Source of the DNA: Thermoplasmatota archaeon
GTDB lineage: Archaea > Thermoplasmatota > E2 > DHVEG-1
Reading direction: 5' to 3'
Length of the DNA stretch: 32,794 bases
NCBI GenBank assembly: GCA_035561675.1
Contig: DATMXJ010000012.1
Coordinates: 1-32,794, forward strand
The translations under genes were made by a program, and so were the position numbers. Of this stretch, positions 7,361 through 15,566 are shown piece after piece; position 1 is the first letter of the stretch; each line of letters begins with the position of its first letter. The notes under the pieces were generated by a model, which saw nothing but the letters and a program-made list of their open reading frames with translations, was not told the DNA's origin and made no database searches.

Positions 7361-7696
7361 ATGAAACGCGTTCCCTGTGAATACGTGATATGGAATGGAC
7401 TTCCCCTTATCAGAAAAGAAATCGCAGAGAGCTTGATGACCAACTTCGGATTGAGCCAAAAACAAGCTGCAGAAAAACTCGGTATCACACCCGCAGCCGT
7501 CTGCCAGTACGTCTCTCACAAACGAGGAAATAAGACAATAGATGATGAAGAACTAAAAACAGAAATCAAACTTTCCGCACAACGCATCCTCAACTACACG
7601 GACGATGCCATGATCAAGGAGACCTGCCGTATCTGCAAGATTTTCATGGCAAAAGGGATCTTTCCTTCCGGATGTGACTCCTGCCCGCCTGAGTAA
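7361..7696 (+). CDS. HTH (XRE-like) transcriptional regulator with C-terminal Cys cluster
   Basis: The ORF-track TTG at 7349 is trimmed to the ATG at 7361. LSQKQAAEKLGITPAAVCQYVSHKRG is a helix-turn-helix. The C-terminus CRICKIF...GCDSC provides CxxC...CxxC. Confidence 0.7.
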   Translation: MKRVPCEYVIWNGLPLIRKEIAESLMTNFGLSQKQAAEKLGITPAAVCQYVSHKRGNKTIDDEELKTEIKLSAQRILNYTDDAMIKETCRICKIFMAKGIFPSGCDSCPPE

Positions 7697-7699
7697 AAC

Positions 7700-8644
7700 T
7701 TAACCCGGAGGAAAGAACACGGTAAATAGCGAGATGACCAAGGGGATACTGCCTAAGGAACAAATAAAACTCGCGACGAGAAACTGATTCACAATCGACT
7801 CATTCCCACCAACACGCTTCGTGAAAATCGGCAGCGCGGTGACCGGTGGCACAGCGCTTTGAAGTATCAGAAGCAACCCGATCTGATACGACGGTCTGAT
7901 GACCAACAAAGCTGCTAAAAAGATCAAAGGAAACAGCAGATTTTTTATCAGAACAAACTTCGCAATCTCTGTACTATATATCTTTCCTTTTCGCTGGAAA
8001 TCCAGGGATAGACTTCCACCGATCACCAGCATCAATAGGGGCACCGTCATCGCCCCAAGCATCGTAAGGATCGTAAGAACCATACCTGGGACATATGACT
8101 GGATGTCAGCAAACCGGATCATCAACGCAAGGATCGTGGAGATGAAAACGATATTAAAGATACGTCTCCAATTTATTTTTCTCTCGTTTTTCCCAAAAAA
8201 ATATGGATAAATGTTGAACAGGAAAGCAGGGTAAAAAATCATAAACAAAAATAAGGAAACAAGATACGGAGACGAAGCACCAAACATCCCGGTAAGAATC
8301 GCAAGAGGGAAAAACAACCCGTTATGCAAAAACAGACTCATGGCAAACTCACGTCTCGTCGTCTTTTTTGATGCAAACATAAATGCTCCGGTCAAGAGTG
8401 CTGCAAGGCCGGTAAAAACAACCCACCAGAGCGGAAGCACCCACCAGTCTGGTATCTCTTGAGGAGAAAAATTTGAGACGATGTTCACAAACACAAGACA
8501 GGGCAAAGCAAGGTCCAAGGCAAGATTCGAAAGGGCACCAAGTGCGTTTTCTGCGACAACCCTTCGTTGGACAATCAAAAAACCAAAAACACCAATACCA
8601 AGAAGAATAGCCACTGATTGGAATGTGATAGCGACAAGATCCAT
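7700..8644 (-). CDS. AEC-family (auxin efflux carrier-like) membrane transporter
   Basis: The start is trimmed to the ATG at 8644 (MDLVAITFQSV...). The protein is about 314 aa, polytopic, with about 10 hydrophobic helices in two halves separated by a basic loop (GKNERKINWRR), the layout of AEC permeases. Confidence 0.6.
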   Translation of the reverse strand: MDLVAITFQSVAILLGIGVFGFLIVQRRVVAENALGALSNLALDLALPCLVFVNIVSNFSPQEIPDWWVLPLWWVVFTGLAALLTGAFMFASKKTTRREFAMSLFLHNGLFFPLAILTGMFGASSPYLVSLFLFMIFYPAFLFNIYPYFFGKNERKINWRRIFNIVFISTILALMIRFADIQSYVPGMVLTILTMLGAMTVPLLMLVIGGSLSLDFQRKGKIYSTEIAKFVLIKNLLFPLIFLAALLVIRPSYQIGLLLILQSAVPPVTALPIFTKRVGGNESIVNQFLVASFICSLGSIPLVISLFTVFFPPG

Positions 8645-8789
8645 GGTATATTCATAATCTCGAAAACATCCAGGACTTAAAGAGATTACGATAAAGGAAA
8701 CCTTAGGAGTCTGGTTCTGAGAAGAAGCTAGATTTATAAACAAGGTTCTTTATCTCAGGGCGATTAATAGTACAGGGAGTTATGAATGT

Positions 8790-9224
8790 ATGAGAACGAC
8801 ATCGATACTTGATCTGATGACAGCAGATCATACAAAAATCCTGAAACTGTTAGGCGATGTTGAAAAAAGCATAGGCATTGAACTGGTATCCCTGATGAAG
8901 GTGTTTGATACCTTTGAATGGGAGCTCGAAAAACATATTTTCACTGAAGAAAAAGCGATTTTTTCCTCGTATAACCCAAGGAACATTTCTGAGGGTTATA
9001 AGATGGTCCCAGAGCTCATCCAGCAGCATAATGAGATCCTTAATCGCATCCGGGTCATGCGAAAGGACTTGATGTGGAATAAACCAGTGCAATATCCCGA
9101 GTTCAAAGAACTGATCATGGCTCACAAAACATTCGAGGAAACATCATTGTACCCGAAACTAGACCAAGAATTAACCAATGCACAAAAAGATGAAATCATA
9201 AAGAAAATCCGCGAAATCGTTTGA
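8790..9224 (+). CDS. Hemerythrin (HHE cation-binding) domain protein
   Basis: 144 aa. Spaced His/Glu ligand pattern: ADHTKIL, ELEKHIFTEE, IQQHNEIL, MAHKTFEE. Confidence 0.6.
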   Translation: MRTTSILDLMTADHTKILKLLGDVEKSIGIELVSLMKVFDTFEWELEKHIFTEEKAIFSSYNPRNISEGYKMVPELIQQHNEILNRIRVMRKDLMWNKPVQYPEFKELIMAHKTFEETSLYPKLDQELTNAQKDEIIKKIREIV

Positions 9225-9236
9225 GAATATCTTTTT

Positions 9237-9767
9237 TCACGACATCGTAAAAGGTTCAAATCGCTCCGCTTTTGCCTTACAGATAGGACAGATTGGTGGG
9301 GGTATTTCTCTGGCGCACAAATACCCGCACACGGTGCATCTCCAGACCCTGACAGCCCCTGTTTTTTTTCTTGCTATCGGTTGATCTGTTATTTCTTTTG
9401 GGACATTTGGTTTTTTTTCCGCTGCAGCAAGGACCACATCAATAATTTCCTGAGGTCTCCGTTCCGGAATCGGTCCTAACAGAGATGGATTATTTTTTAT
9501 CTTTTCATTGACAAACAATCCACAATAACACATCCCGTACTCATCGACATCAGCGTCGCGGTACTCACAAGGGCAGATGATGTCAACATCGTATTCTTTT
9601 GCGCCACTTGCGACACGACAGGGACAGGACCCGTACCCATATCGAGCAGTATTTGTTGCTAGACCATCGATGAGATCATTGTGGAGCTGTTGATCAGGGC
9701 ATATATAATACCCATTGTCTTTTGCGTTTTTTTTCATCGCCTCAATGATAGATTCTTTTCCAGTCAT
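9237..9767 (-). CDS. Ferredoxin:thioredoxin/disulfide reductase catalytic-subunit-like domain fused to a C-terminal rubredoxin-like domain
   Basis: FTR-beta Cys pattern CPCR-x13-CPC-x12-CYC (CPCRVASGAKEYDVDIICPCEYRDADVDEYGMCYCGLF), then WRCTVCGY...PPICPICKAKAERF (rubredoxin knuckles). Confidence 0.85.
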   Translation of the reverse strand: MTGKESIIEAMKKNAKDNGYYICPDQQLHNDLIDGLATNTARYGYGSCPCRVASGAKEYDVDIICPCEYRDADVDEYGMCYCGLFVNEKIKNNPSLLGPIPERRPQEIIDVVLAAAEKKPNVPKEITDQPIARKKTGAVRVWRCTVCGYLCAREIPPPICPICKAKAERFEPFTMS

Positions 9768-10051
9768 GAGCGGAGCTTCTCCATAATTTCTTTATCTTTG
9801 AATCCAAGAATCACATGTTTTCCATGATCGATTACGATGGTCGGATAAGTACGATACGGATTGTATTTTTTCACTTCATCGGTCGCCTCTATGTAATCGT
9901 TTCCTGTCAATGTATCGACATCCACATATTCAAAGGAGATATCAAGAGCTTTGAGAAGCTCCTTTGTTTTCTTGCACCATCCACAGGTGCTCAGGGTATA
10001 GACTTTCACGTGATGTGTCGTATTCTTCCCAGGGATTGTTTCGCGTTTCAT
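9764..10051 (-). CDS. Glutaredoxin/NrdH-like small thioredoxin-fold protein
   Basis: 95 aa with active site CGWC in VYTLSTCGWCKKTKELL and a TYPTIVI cis-Pro region. A 4-nt overlap with the downstream reductase gene indicates translational coupling. Confidence 0.85.
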   Translation of the reverse strand: MKRETIPGKNTTHHVKVYTLSTCGWCKKTKELLKALDISFEYVDVDTLTGNDYIEATDEVKKYNPYRTYPTIVIDHGKHVILGFKDKEIMEKLRS

Positions 10052-10145
10052 TGCGTTTATATTCTCTCGGGCTCTAAAAACTTTATGCTTCTTCGAAAAA
10101 CTAGTTTTAAATAGAATAAACCTATGTGAGACATGAGGTGAAAGC

Positions 10146-10340
10146 GTGACTGTTAATTATTATCAATGTCAAACGTGTAAGAAAAAGACTATCGTAAAAA
10201 CAAAGAAAGAGAAACCATCCTGCTGCGGAAAACCAATGAAGAAGATATCGGTTGATATCTGCCTTCAGCCAGATCATGCTGAACATTCTCGACCGATGGG
10301 AGAAGATGAACCGTGTGATGATTTCCGCGGTGGTAATTAA
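10146..10340 (+). CDS. Desulforedoxin-like small metal-binding protein (64 aa)
   Basis: YQCQTCKKK-x-CCGKPM reproduces the Cx2C...CCGxxM signature of the desulforedoxin / Dfx N-terminal domain. A GAGGTGA RBS precedes the GTG at 10146. Confidence 0.6.
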   Translation: MTVNYYQCQTCKKKTIVKTKKEKPSCCGKPMKKISVDICLQPDHAEHSRPMGEDEPCDDFRGGN

Positions 10341-10358
10341 AAGGAGAGCTGATGTGGT

Positions 10359-10481
10359 ATGGGAAAATGTGATGTCTGTAGTTGTGAATTTGAAGAAGAA
10401 GACATACGACACATAGCTATAAAAGGTAAACCAAAAAAGATTTGTCAGGAATGCGTCGCAGCAATCAAGGGATTTGCGTAA
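10359..10481 (+). CDS. Unlisted 40-aa Zn-ribbon protein (MGKCDVCSCEFEEEDIRHIAIKGKPKKICQECVAAIKGFA)
   Basis: My own translation; it is below the ORF-track size cutoff. AAGGAGAG lies 10 nt upstream of the ATG. The pattern is CxxC-x21-CxxC. The ORF fills the gap up to the convergent yjbQ stop exactly. Confidence 0.55.
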   Translation: MGKCDVCSCEFEEEDIRHIAIKGKPKKICQECVAAIKGFA

Positions 10482-10880
10482 TTACTTGTTTTTATTTGTG
10501 GAAATATATACGGTCCTGTGTCGTGGTCCGTCTCCTTCATAAAAAAAGATATGCTGCCAGGTCCCAAGGACAAGTTTTCCCTTCGCAATAAGTATGGTTA
10601 CCGATGAACCTAGTACGCTTGCCTTGATGTGCGCGTCACTGTTTCCTTCGGAATGATGATAGGATGCGTTTTCCGGTATCAATTTTTCTAATGTTTCGAT
10701 GATGTCTTGTTGGACGTCTGGGTCCGCCCCTTCGTTAATGGTGATGCCAGCCGTCGTATGCGGGACATAAACGATGAGGGACCCTTCATTGATATTTTCC
10801 TCTTTGACGAGTCGTTGGACCTCATCGGTGATATCGATCATCTGATTTCTTCTCTGCGATGAGATATGTAGTTCCTTCAT
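10482..10880 (-). CDS. yjbQ: YjbQ/UPF0047 family protein (secondary thiamine-phosphate synthase-like)
   Basis: 132 aa. IDITDEV, VPHTTAGITINEGADPDV, HSEGNSDAHIKA and GTWQHIFF.EGDGPR are hallmark UPF0047 blocks. Confidence 0.85.
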   Translation of the reverse strand: MKELHISSQRRNQMIDITDEVQRLVKEENINEGSLIVYVPHTTAGITINEGADPDVQQDIIETLEKLIPENASYHHSEGNSDAHIKASVLGSSVTILIAKGKLVLGTWQHIFFYEGDGPRHRTVYISTNKNK

Positions 10881-10970
10881 TAAGAAGGCTCATCTGTTTT
10901 TTTCTATTTAAACCGTGTTGATGAGAAAACCTTTTTGTACCACTGCCTGGTACAGCAGCTCCTGAAGACC

Positions 10971-11567
10971 ATGAAGCTTGCTCCAAGTGCGATCCTCTTT
11001 GATATGGATGGTGTCCTTGTCGATTCACTTGATTCCTGGTGGAAAGCGTTGAACAGTGCGTTACAGAGATTCAAACACCAAGAAATCACCCGTGAAGAAT
11101 TCATAATCACCTATTGGGGTCATGGCCTCAAAGCAAACCTCGAACGATTGCACCTGAACCCTGAGGTCGCCCGATTCTGCAATATCACCTACGGCAACCA
11201 TCTCGATCTTGTCACGATTTACCCTGATACGGAAAACACATTGAGAACCCTAGCGACCTACAAGAAGGTGGTGATTACAAATACTCCTTCTGATTGTGCA
11301 CGGCAGATTCTTCGGAAGTTTCATATCGAGCAGTATTTCGAGGCGATCATCACCAGTGATGATGTCGTCAGATCGAAACCTGACCCGGAGATCGTTTTCA
11401 AAGCATGTGAACGACTCGGTGTCTCTGTACAAAGCGTCCTGCTGATCGGTGATACGGAGAGTGACGTGAAAGCAGGGAAAGCAGCTGGATGTACAGTCGT
11501 TGGTGTGAATATCCCTGCGGATTTCATGATTCAGAGGCTTTCAGAATTACCTTCTCTCCTTCGTTAA
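10971..11567 (+). CDS. HAD-IA family hydrolase (phosphatase)
   Basis: The start is trimmed to the ATG at 10971. Motif I is ILFDMDGVLVDS, motif II VVITNT, motif III RSKPDPE, and motif IV IGDTESDVKAGKAAG. Confidence 0.85.
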   Translation: MKLAPSAILFDMDGVLVDSLDSWWKALNSALQRFKHQEITREEFIITYWGHGLKANLERLHLNPEVARFCNITYGNHLDLVTIYPDTENTLRTLATYKKVVITNTPSDCARQILRKFHIEQYFEAIITSDDVVRSKPDPEIVFKACERLGVSVQSVLLIGDTESDVKAGKAAGCTVVGVNIPADFMIQRLSELPSLLR

Positions 11568-11636
11568 AAGAGATGGTCGTTCCTTTTTTTCTTCTCAATC
11601 GGAATAGTTAAAAATAACCTATGAGATGCAAGGCAG

Positions 11637-12407
11637 GTGAGTACTATGGAGGAAGATATTCAAATCATTGAATATAAGAACATTGATCTTTCAAACTCGG
11701 TCCTTATTGAAGCGTTCCCCACGGTTGGGCTTGTCAGTTCCATCGCTGGTCATTTCCTTGTTGAGCAATTGAACCTGGAGGAGATTGGAACAATCAGCTC
11801 TCGTTATTTCATGCCCGCTGCAGTAATCCATAACGGAATGCCATCTCCCCCTGTGAGGATTTACGCAAGCAAAAAAATCTGTGGATCGAATGGTGATTGT
11901 GATCAGATTGTTGTGATTATCTCTGAGTTCATGCCGTCGGTTGATATCATCAAACCAGTCGCAAGCATGATATTGTCCTGGGCGCAGAAAAAGAAATGCA
12001 GTCATATTGTGACGTTAGAAGGGACCCATGGCCTGAATCCGAAAAAACCAAAAACATATGGGGTTGCCACGACACAGAAAATGAAAGACATCCTCAAGAA
12101 ATATTCCATTGAGGAAACAAAGGAAGGCATGATTACAGGGATCACTGGAGTCTTGCTCTTTGAGGGAGCACGGTTGAAACAGGATGTCCTGTGTCTTCTT
12201 GCTGAAGCTCATTCTTCGTATCCGGATTCTCGTGCGGCAGCCCTGCTTGTGGAAACACTTGATAAAATGCTACCTGAAATAAAGATAGACACCCAGCCGT
12301 TGTACAAGGAAGCAGATGACATCGAACAGAAGATCCGGTCTTTCATCAAACAAGCACAGCCGACCGCGCCGTCATCGGTTCCTCTTCAACCACAGATGTA
12401 CGGATAA
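11637..12407 (+). CDS. PAC2-family proteasome assembly chaperone / activator (PbaA/PbaB-like)
   Basis: 256 aa. LIEAFPTVGLVSSIAGHFLVEQL...PPVRIYAS is typical of archaeal PAC2 proteins. The C-terminus ends MYG (an HbYX-type tail). An alternative ATG start lies at 11646. Confidence 0.75.
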   Translation: MSTMEEDIQIIEYKNIDLSNSVLIEAFPTVGLVSSIAGHFLVEQLNLEEIGTISSRYFMPAAVIHNGMPSPPVRIYASKKICGSNGDCDQIVVIISEFMPSVDIIKPVASMILSWAQKKKCSHIVTLEGTHGLNPKKPKTYGVATTQKMKDILKKYSIEETKEGMITGITGVLLFEGARLKQDVLCLLAEAHSSYPDSRAAALLVETLDKMLPEIKIDTQPLYKEADDIEQKIRSFIKQAQPTAPSSVPLQPQMYG

Positions 12408-12415
12408 AGGGAGCG

Positions 12416-12976
12416 TTATTTGTTCGTATATCGATTCAAAAACACGAATTTCTCCAGGGGAAATCGTTCTGGTCTTTTCTTCTCAATCGCTGCCTGTTTT
12501 TCAGAAAGAATAGGATAGATGGTCGCTGCATGCTTCCCTACGTTTATCAACGTGATGACCTCAAGGTCCTCTGGGATACCAAGGATCTCCCTGGTTTTTT
12601 TCGGGCTGTATCCTGCGATAGGATGTGCCACTAAACCAAGTTCCGTTGCTCGTAGGATGAGAAACGCGGTCGCCATCCCAGTATCAAATTGATGGTACAC
12701 CCGCTCCCCAATTATGCAATCATATTCTTTCTTGCTGAGGACTACGATGATCATTGACGCGCGCTGCACCCATTCGTTTCCCTTTGAGATCGCCTCATGC
12801 ATTTTCTTTAGCATCTCTCGTTCATAAACGAAGACGAATCTCCAGGGCTGATTGTTGTTACATGATGCTGAGAGTTGTGCATGTAATGCAAGGTCCCTAA
12901 TTAAATCCTCAGTGATTTCAATAGGATCAAGCGAACGGTATGCTCGCCGATTTCGAATCGCTTCTTTCACATCCAT
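12416..12976 (-). CDS. Nitroreductase-family flavoprotein
   Basis: 186 aa. N-terminus AIRNRRAYRSL and NNQPWRFVFV are canonical nitroreductase-fold motifs. Confidence 0.85.
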   Translation of the reverse strand: MDVKEAIRNRRAYRSLDPIEITEDLIRDLALHAQLSASCNNNQPWRFVFVYEREMLKKMHEAISKGNEWVQRASMIIVVLSKKEYDCIIGERVYHQFDTGMATAFLILRATELGLVAHPIAGYSPKKTREILGIPEDLEVITLINVGKHAATIYPILSEKQAAIEKKRPERFPLEKFVFLNRYTNK

Positions 12977-13096
12977 GTTTTACCCCCATGACAGGGAAAT
13001 TGATTGAGATTAATTATCCCGTGGTCTCTTAAAGATTTCTCTTAGTCGAAATTGAAAAAGAAAACTATAAGATGGAGTGAGACTATTTCCTATCTC

Positions 13097-13339
13097 ATGG
13101 CAATCGGATTTGCGTTGTTAAGTATAAGCCCGCTTCATGAAAAAACGGTATATGAGAAACTCACCCATATATCGGAAATCATCGAGGTCCATCCGCTCTT
13201 TGGGGAATTCGATATCCTTGTGAAAATTCAAGCCTCTGATATCGACTCGATCGGAAGTATCGTGATTAACAAGATTCGATCGATTCAAGGGGTGATGGAT
13301 TCAAAAACATTGATCGGGACGAAGAGCTTATCCGGTTAA
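13097..13339 (+). CDS. Stand-alone Lrp/AsnC ligand-binding (RAM) domain protein
   Basis: The start is trimmed from the TTG at 13052 to the ATG at 13097. EVHPLFGEFDILVKIQASDIDSIGSIVINKIRSIQGV is the RAM-domain beta-alpha-beta-beta-alpha-beta pattern with no HTH in front. Confidence 0.65.
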   Translation: MAIGFALLSISPLHEKTVYEKLTHISEIIEVHPLFGEFDILVKIQASDIDSIGSIVINKIRSIQGVMDSKTLIGTKSLSG

Positions 13340-13499
13340 TACCTCATTCTCTCTTTATACCTGATAAAGTGCTGAGAATATTTTTTTTACATCCCATGTA
13401 ACGGTCTCGGTTGTCCATTGATATAATCATGGAACAATTATATTTACAGAGATACATTTATGTAGGAGAGATGTACATGTCTTCGAAAGGGGAATATCC

Positions 13500-15566
13500 A
13501 TGAAACGAAGGTATCTTACAACATTTTTACTTGTTCTGCTTCTTTTATCATCGATATCGACAGCCGTTACCCAAAAATGGACAAAAGACACCTCGACACT
13601 GCCGAAAAACACAATATATGTCGATGACAGCAACACCCAAGGACCATGGAATGGATCCTCCGAGTACCCCTATCAATCTATCAGCGACGGCATCCGGCAT
13701 GCAACAGACGGTGATACCATTTATGTTTTTAATGGGCTATATTCTGAGACCATCATAATCAATAAAACCATTTCTATCAGGGGGCAAGAGCAAGAGAACA
13801 CCATCATCGATGGATACAACAATGGTTCTGTTGTAACCGTCGCTAGCGAGGACGTATATCTCAGAAGATTCACGATACGGAACTCCGGCGGGTATCAGGG
13901 AGATGCAGGAATTGCTGTCCTTGCAAATACCACCACCATAACGGAATGTACCATCTACAGGGCACGCGCCGGCATATTTGTTCAAAAACAAAGCGAAACC
14001 ACCATCACCAACAGTCGATTCCATACGAACGGATTCGGTATTGTCTCTTCATCATCCGCATTTGTCACTATCGACCAATGTACCTTCTACCATAACGGCG
14101 CAGGCGTCTATCTCTTTAATTCCACTTGCGTCACCATCGCACACTCCTATGCAGATACCAACGGTATCGGATTCCTCTGTGAACGGTCGTCACACATCGA
14201 CATCTCAGAGTCAGCAGCTCGTGACAACGACGATAATGAGGGAGGGATGTTTTTCGTCGATAGCCAGTACATCAACATCCTCAACTCATATATTGTCCAT
14301 AATGGTGTTGGTGTGAATCTCGTCAATTCATCAGCCTGTTACATTGACTCGTGTAATTTTTCTCTTAGCACCCATTACTCCTGCAAATTACTAAAATCTG
14401 GATCCAGTATTCTGTTGACGAACTGTATTTTTACAAAAAGTCTTCGCTATGGACTTTTCGCTGAGGAAAGTGCTTTTACCATCTCTTGGAGCAACATCTA
14501 TGGAAACGAGAACTTTGGCCTCTATGCAACATCATCAGCGATTGATGCCAGGTACAACTGGTGGGGGGCCAAAACCGGACCAGCGCACAACGGTCTTGTC
14601 AGAGCGGATCGTGGAACCTGGAACCCCCGTGAGATATCTTATCGTCCGTGGCTGACGTTTCCGATGCCCGAGATCGGACCAGACTGGGATCTGGAGAAAA
14701 CATTCCAGAAACCGACCTATGCCGATCCATGGCCAGAGCAGATTCTCTTTCCTGGTCTTGACACGGATGCCGATGGAGCACCAGACTGGTGGGAAGTCAA
14801 ATGGGGATACTCCCCAACCGTTTGGGATGATCATCAGCATCTTGACCCTGACAACGACTCGCTGAACAATATTGAAGAATGCTACATGGATCAATTTGGT
14901 TCAAACCCGTTTGCAAAAGATTTGTTTCTTGAATTTGATTGGACCAAAAGCATTCAGGGGAACAGCACCAACAAACCACCGGAGGAAGAAATCACACAAA
15001 TGATCGAAGCGTTCGCCCGGCAGAACATCACCCTTCATGTTGACACAGGAGAACTTGGCGGTGGAGAAGAGCTCCCATCACAAACACATGTCTCTTATGC
15101 TGAGATCATCGACATCTATTGGAATTCTTTCCTTCATACTGATTTGAATAACCCTCGACAGCACATTTTCCATTATGGGATCATCTGCGATTACTCCGAG
15201 AGTGGTGGATTTGCAATCATGGGATGGAACCACCTGAACGCATTTATCATTAGTACGCAACTCTTAGCCGAAAAATATTCTTATTCTACCAAAGGCTGGC
15301 TTGCCACGGCTGCGTCGATGCATGAGGTTGGACACACCTGTGGTCTCATCGCCACTACTTTCGTAGGGATTGATAATCGTAATACGGTCAACCCGTTCTA
15401 CAAAGAATTCTGGGCGTACTTGCCTTACAAGAGTATGATGAACTATCATTACACCTATTCGTTCCTTGATTTCTCCGATGGTTCTCATGGACGAGGAGAT
15501 TTCAACGACTGGGCAAACCTTGATTTCTCTTTCTTTAAAAACACGGATTTTTCTTACCCTGTCTAA
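13500..15566 (+). CDS. Secreted right-handed beta-helix (PbH1/NosD-like) protein with C-terminal HEXXH metallopeptidase-like domain
   Basis: 688 aa with signal peptide MKRRYLTTFLLVLLLLSSISTA. Beta-helix rungs recur (ITNSRFHTNGFGI, IDQCTFYHNGAGV, IAHSYADTNGIGF, ILNSYIVHNGVGV) and there is an NWWG motif. Acidic DTDADGAPDWWE and DPDNDSLNNIEE loops are present. HEVGHTCGL lies at nt 15321-15347, followed by SMMNY. Confidence 0.75.
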   Translation: MKRRYLTTFLLVLLLLSSISTAVTQKWTKDTSTLPKNTIYVDDSNTQGPWNGSSEYPYQSISDGIRHATDGDTIYVFNGLYSETIIINKTISIRGQEQENTIIDGYNNGSVVTVASEDVYLRRFTIRNSGGYQGDAGIAVLANTTTITECTIYRARAGIFVQKQSETTITNSRFHTNGFGIVSSSSAFVTIDQCTFYHNGAGVYLFNSTCVTIAHSYADTNGIGFLCERSSHIDISESAARDNDDNEGGMFFVDSQYINILNSYIVHNGVGVNLVNSSACYIDSCNFSLSTHYSCKLLKSGSSILLTNCIFTKSLRYGLFAEESAFTISWSNIYGNENFGLYATSSAIDARYNWWGAKTGPAHNGLVRADRGTWNPREISYRPWLTFPMPEIGPDWDLEKTFQKPTYADPWPEQILFPGLDTDADGAPDWWEVKWGYSPTVWDDHQHLDPDNDSLNNIEECYMDQFGSNPFAKDLFLEFDWTKSIQGNSTNKPPEEEITQMIEAFARQNITLHVDTGELGGGEELPSQTHVSYAEIIDIYWNSFLHTDLNNPRQHIFHYGIICDYSESGGFAIMGWNHLNAFIISTQLLAEKYSYSTKGWLATAASMHEVGHTCGLIATTFVGIDNRNTVNPFYKEFWAYLPYKSMMNYHYTYSFLDFSDGSHGRGDFNDWANLDFSFFKNTDFSYPV

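Noticed and set aside
10122-10412. 96-aa minus-strand ORF covering the gap between the glutaredoxin-like gene and yjbQ
   Set aside because: It has no RBS and a odd repetitive hydrophobic sequence. The plus strand holds two SD-preceded Cys-motif ORFs (10146-10340 and 10359-10481) that explain the region better.
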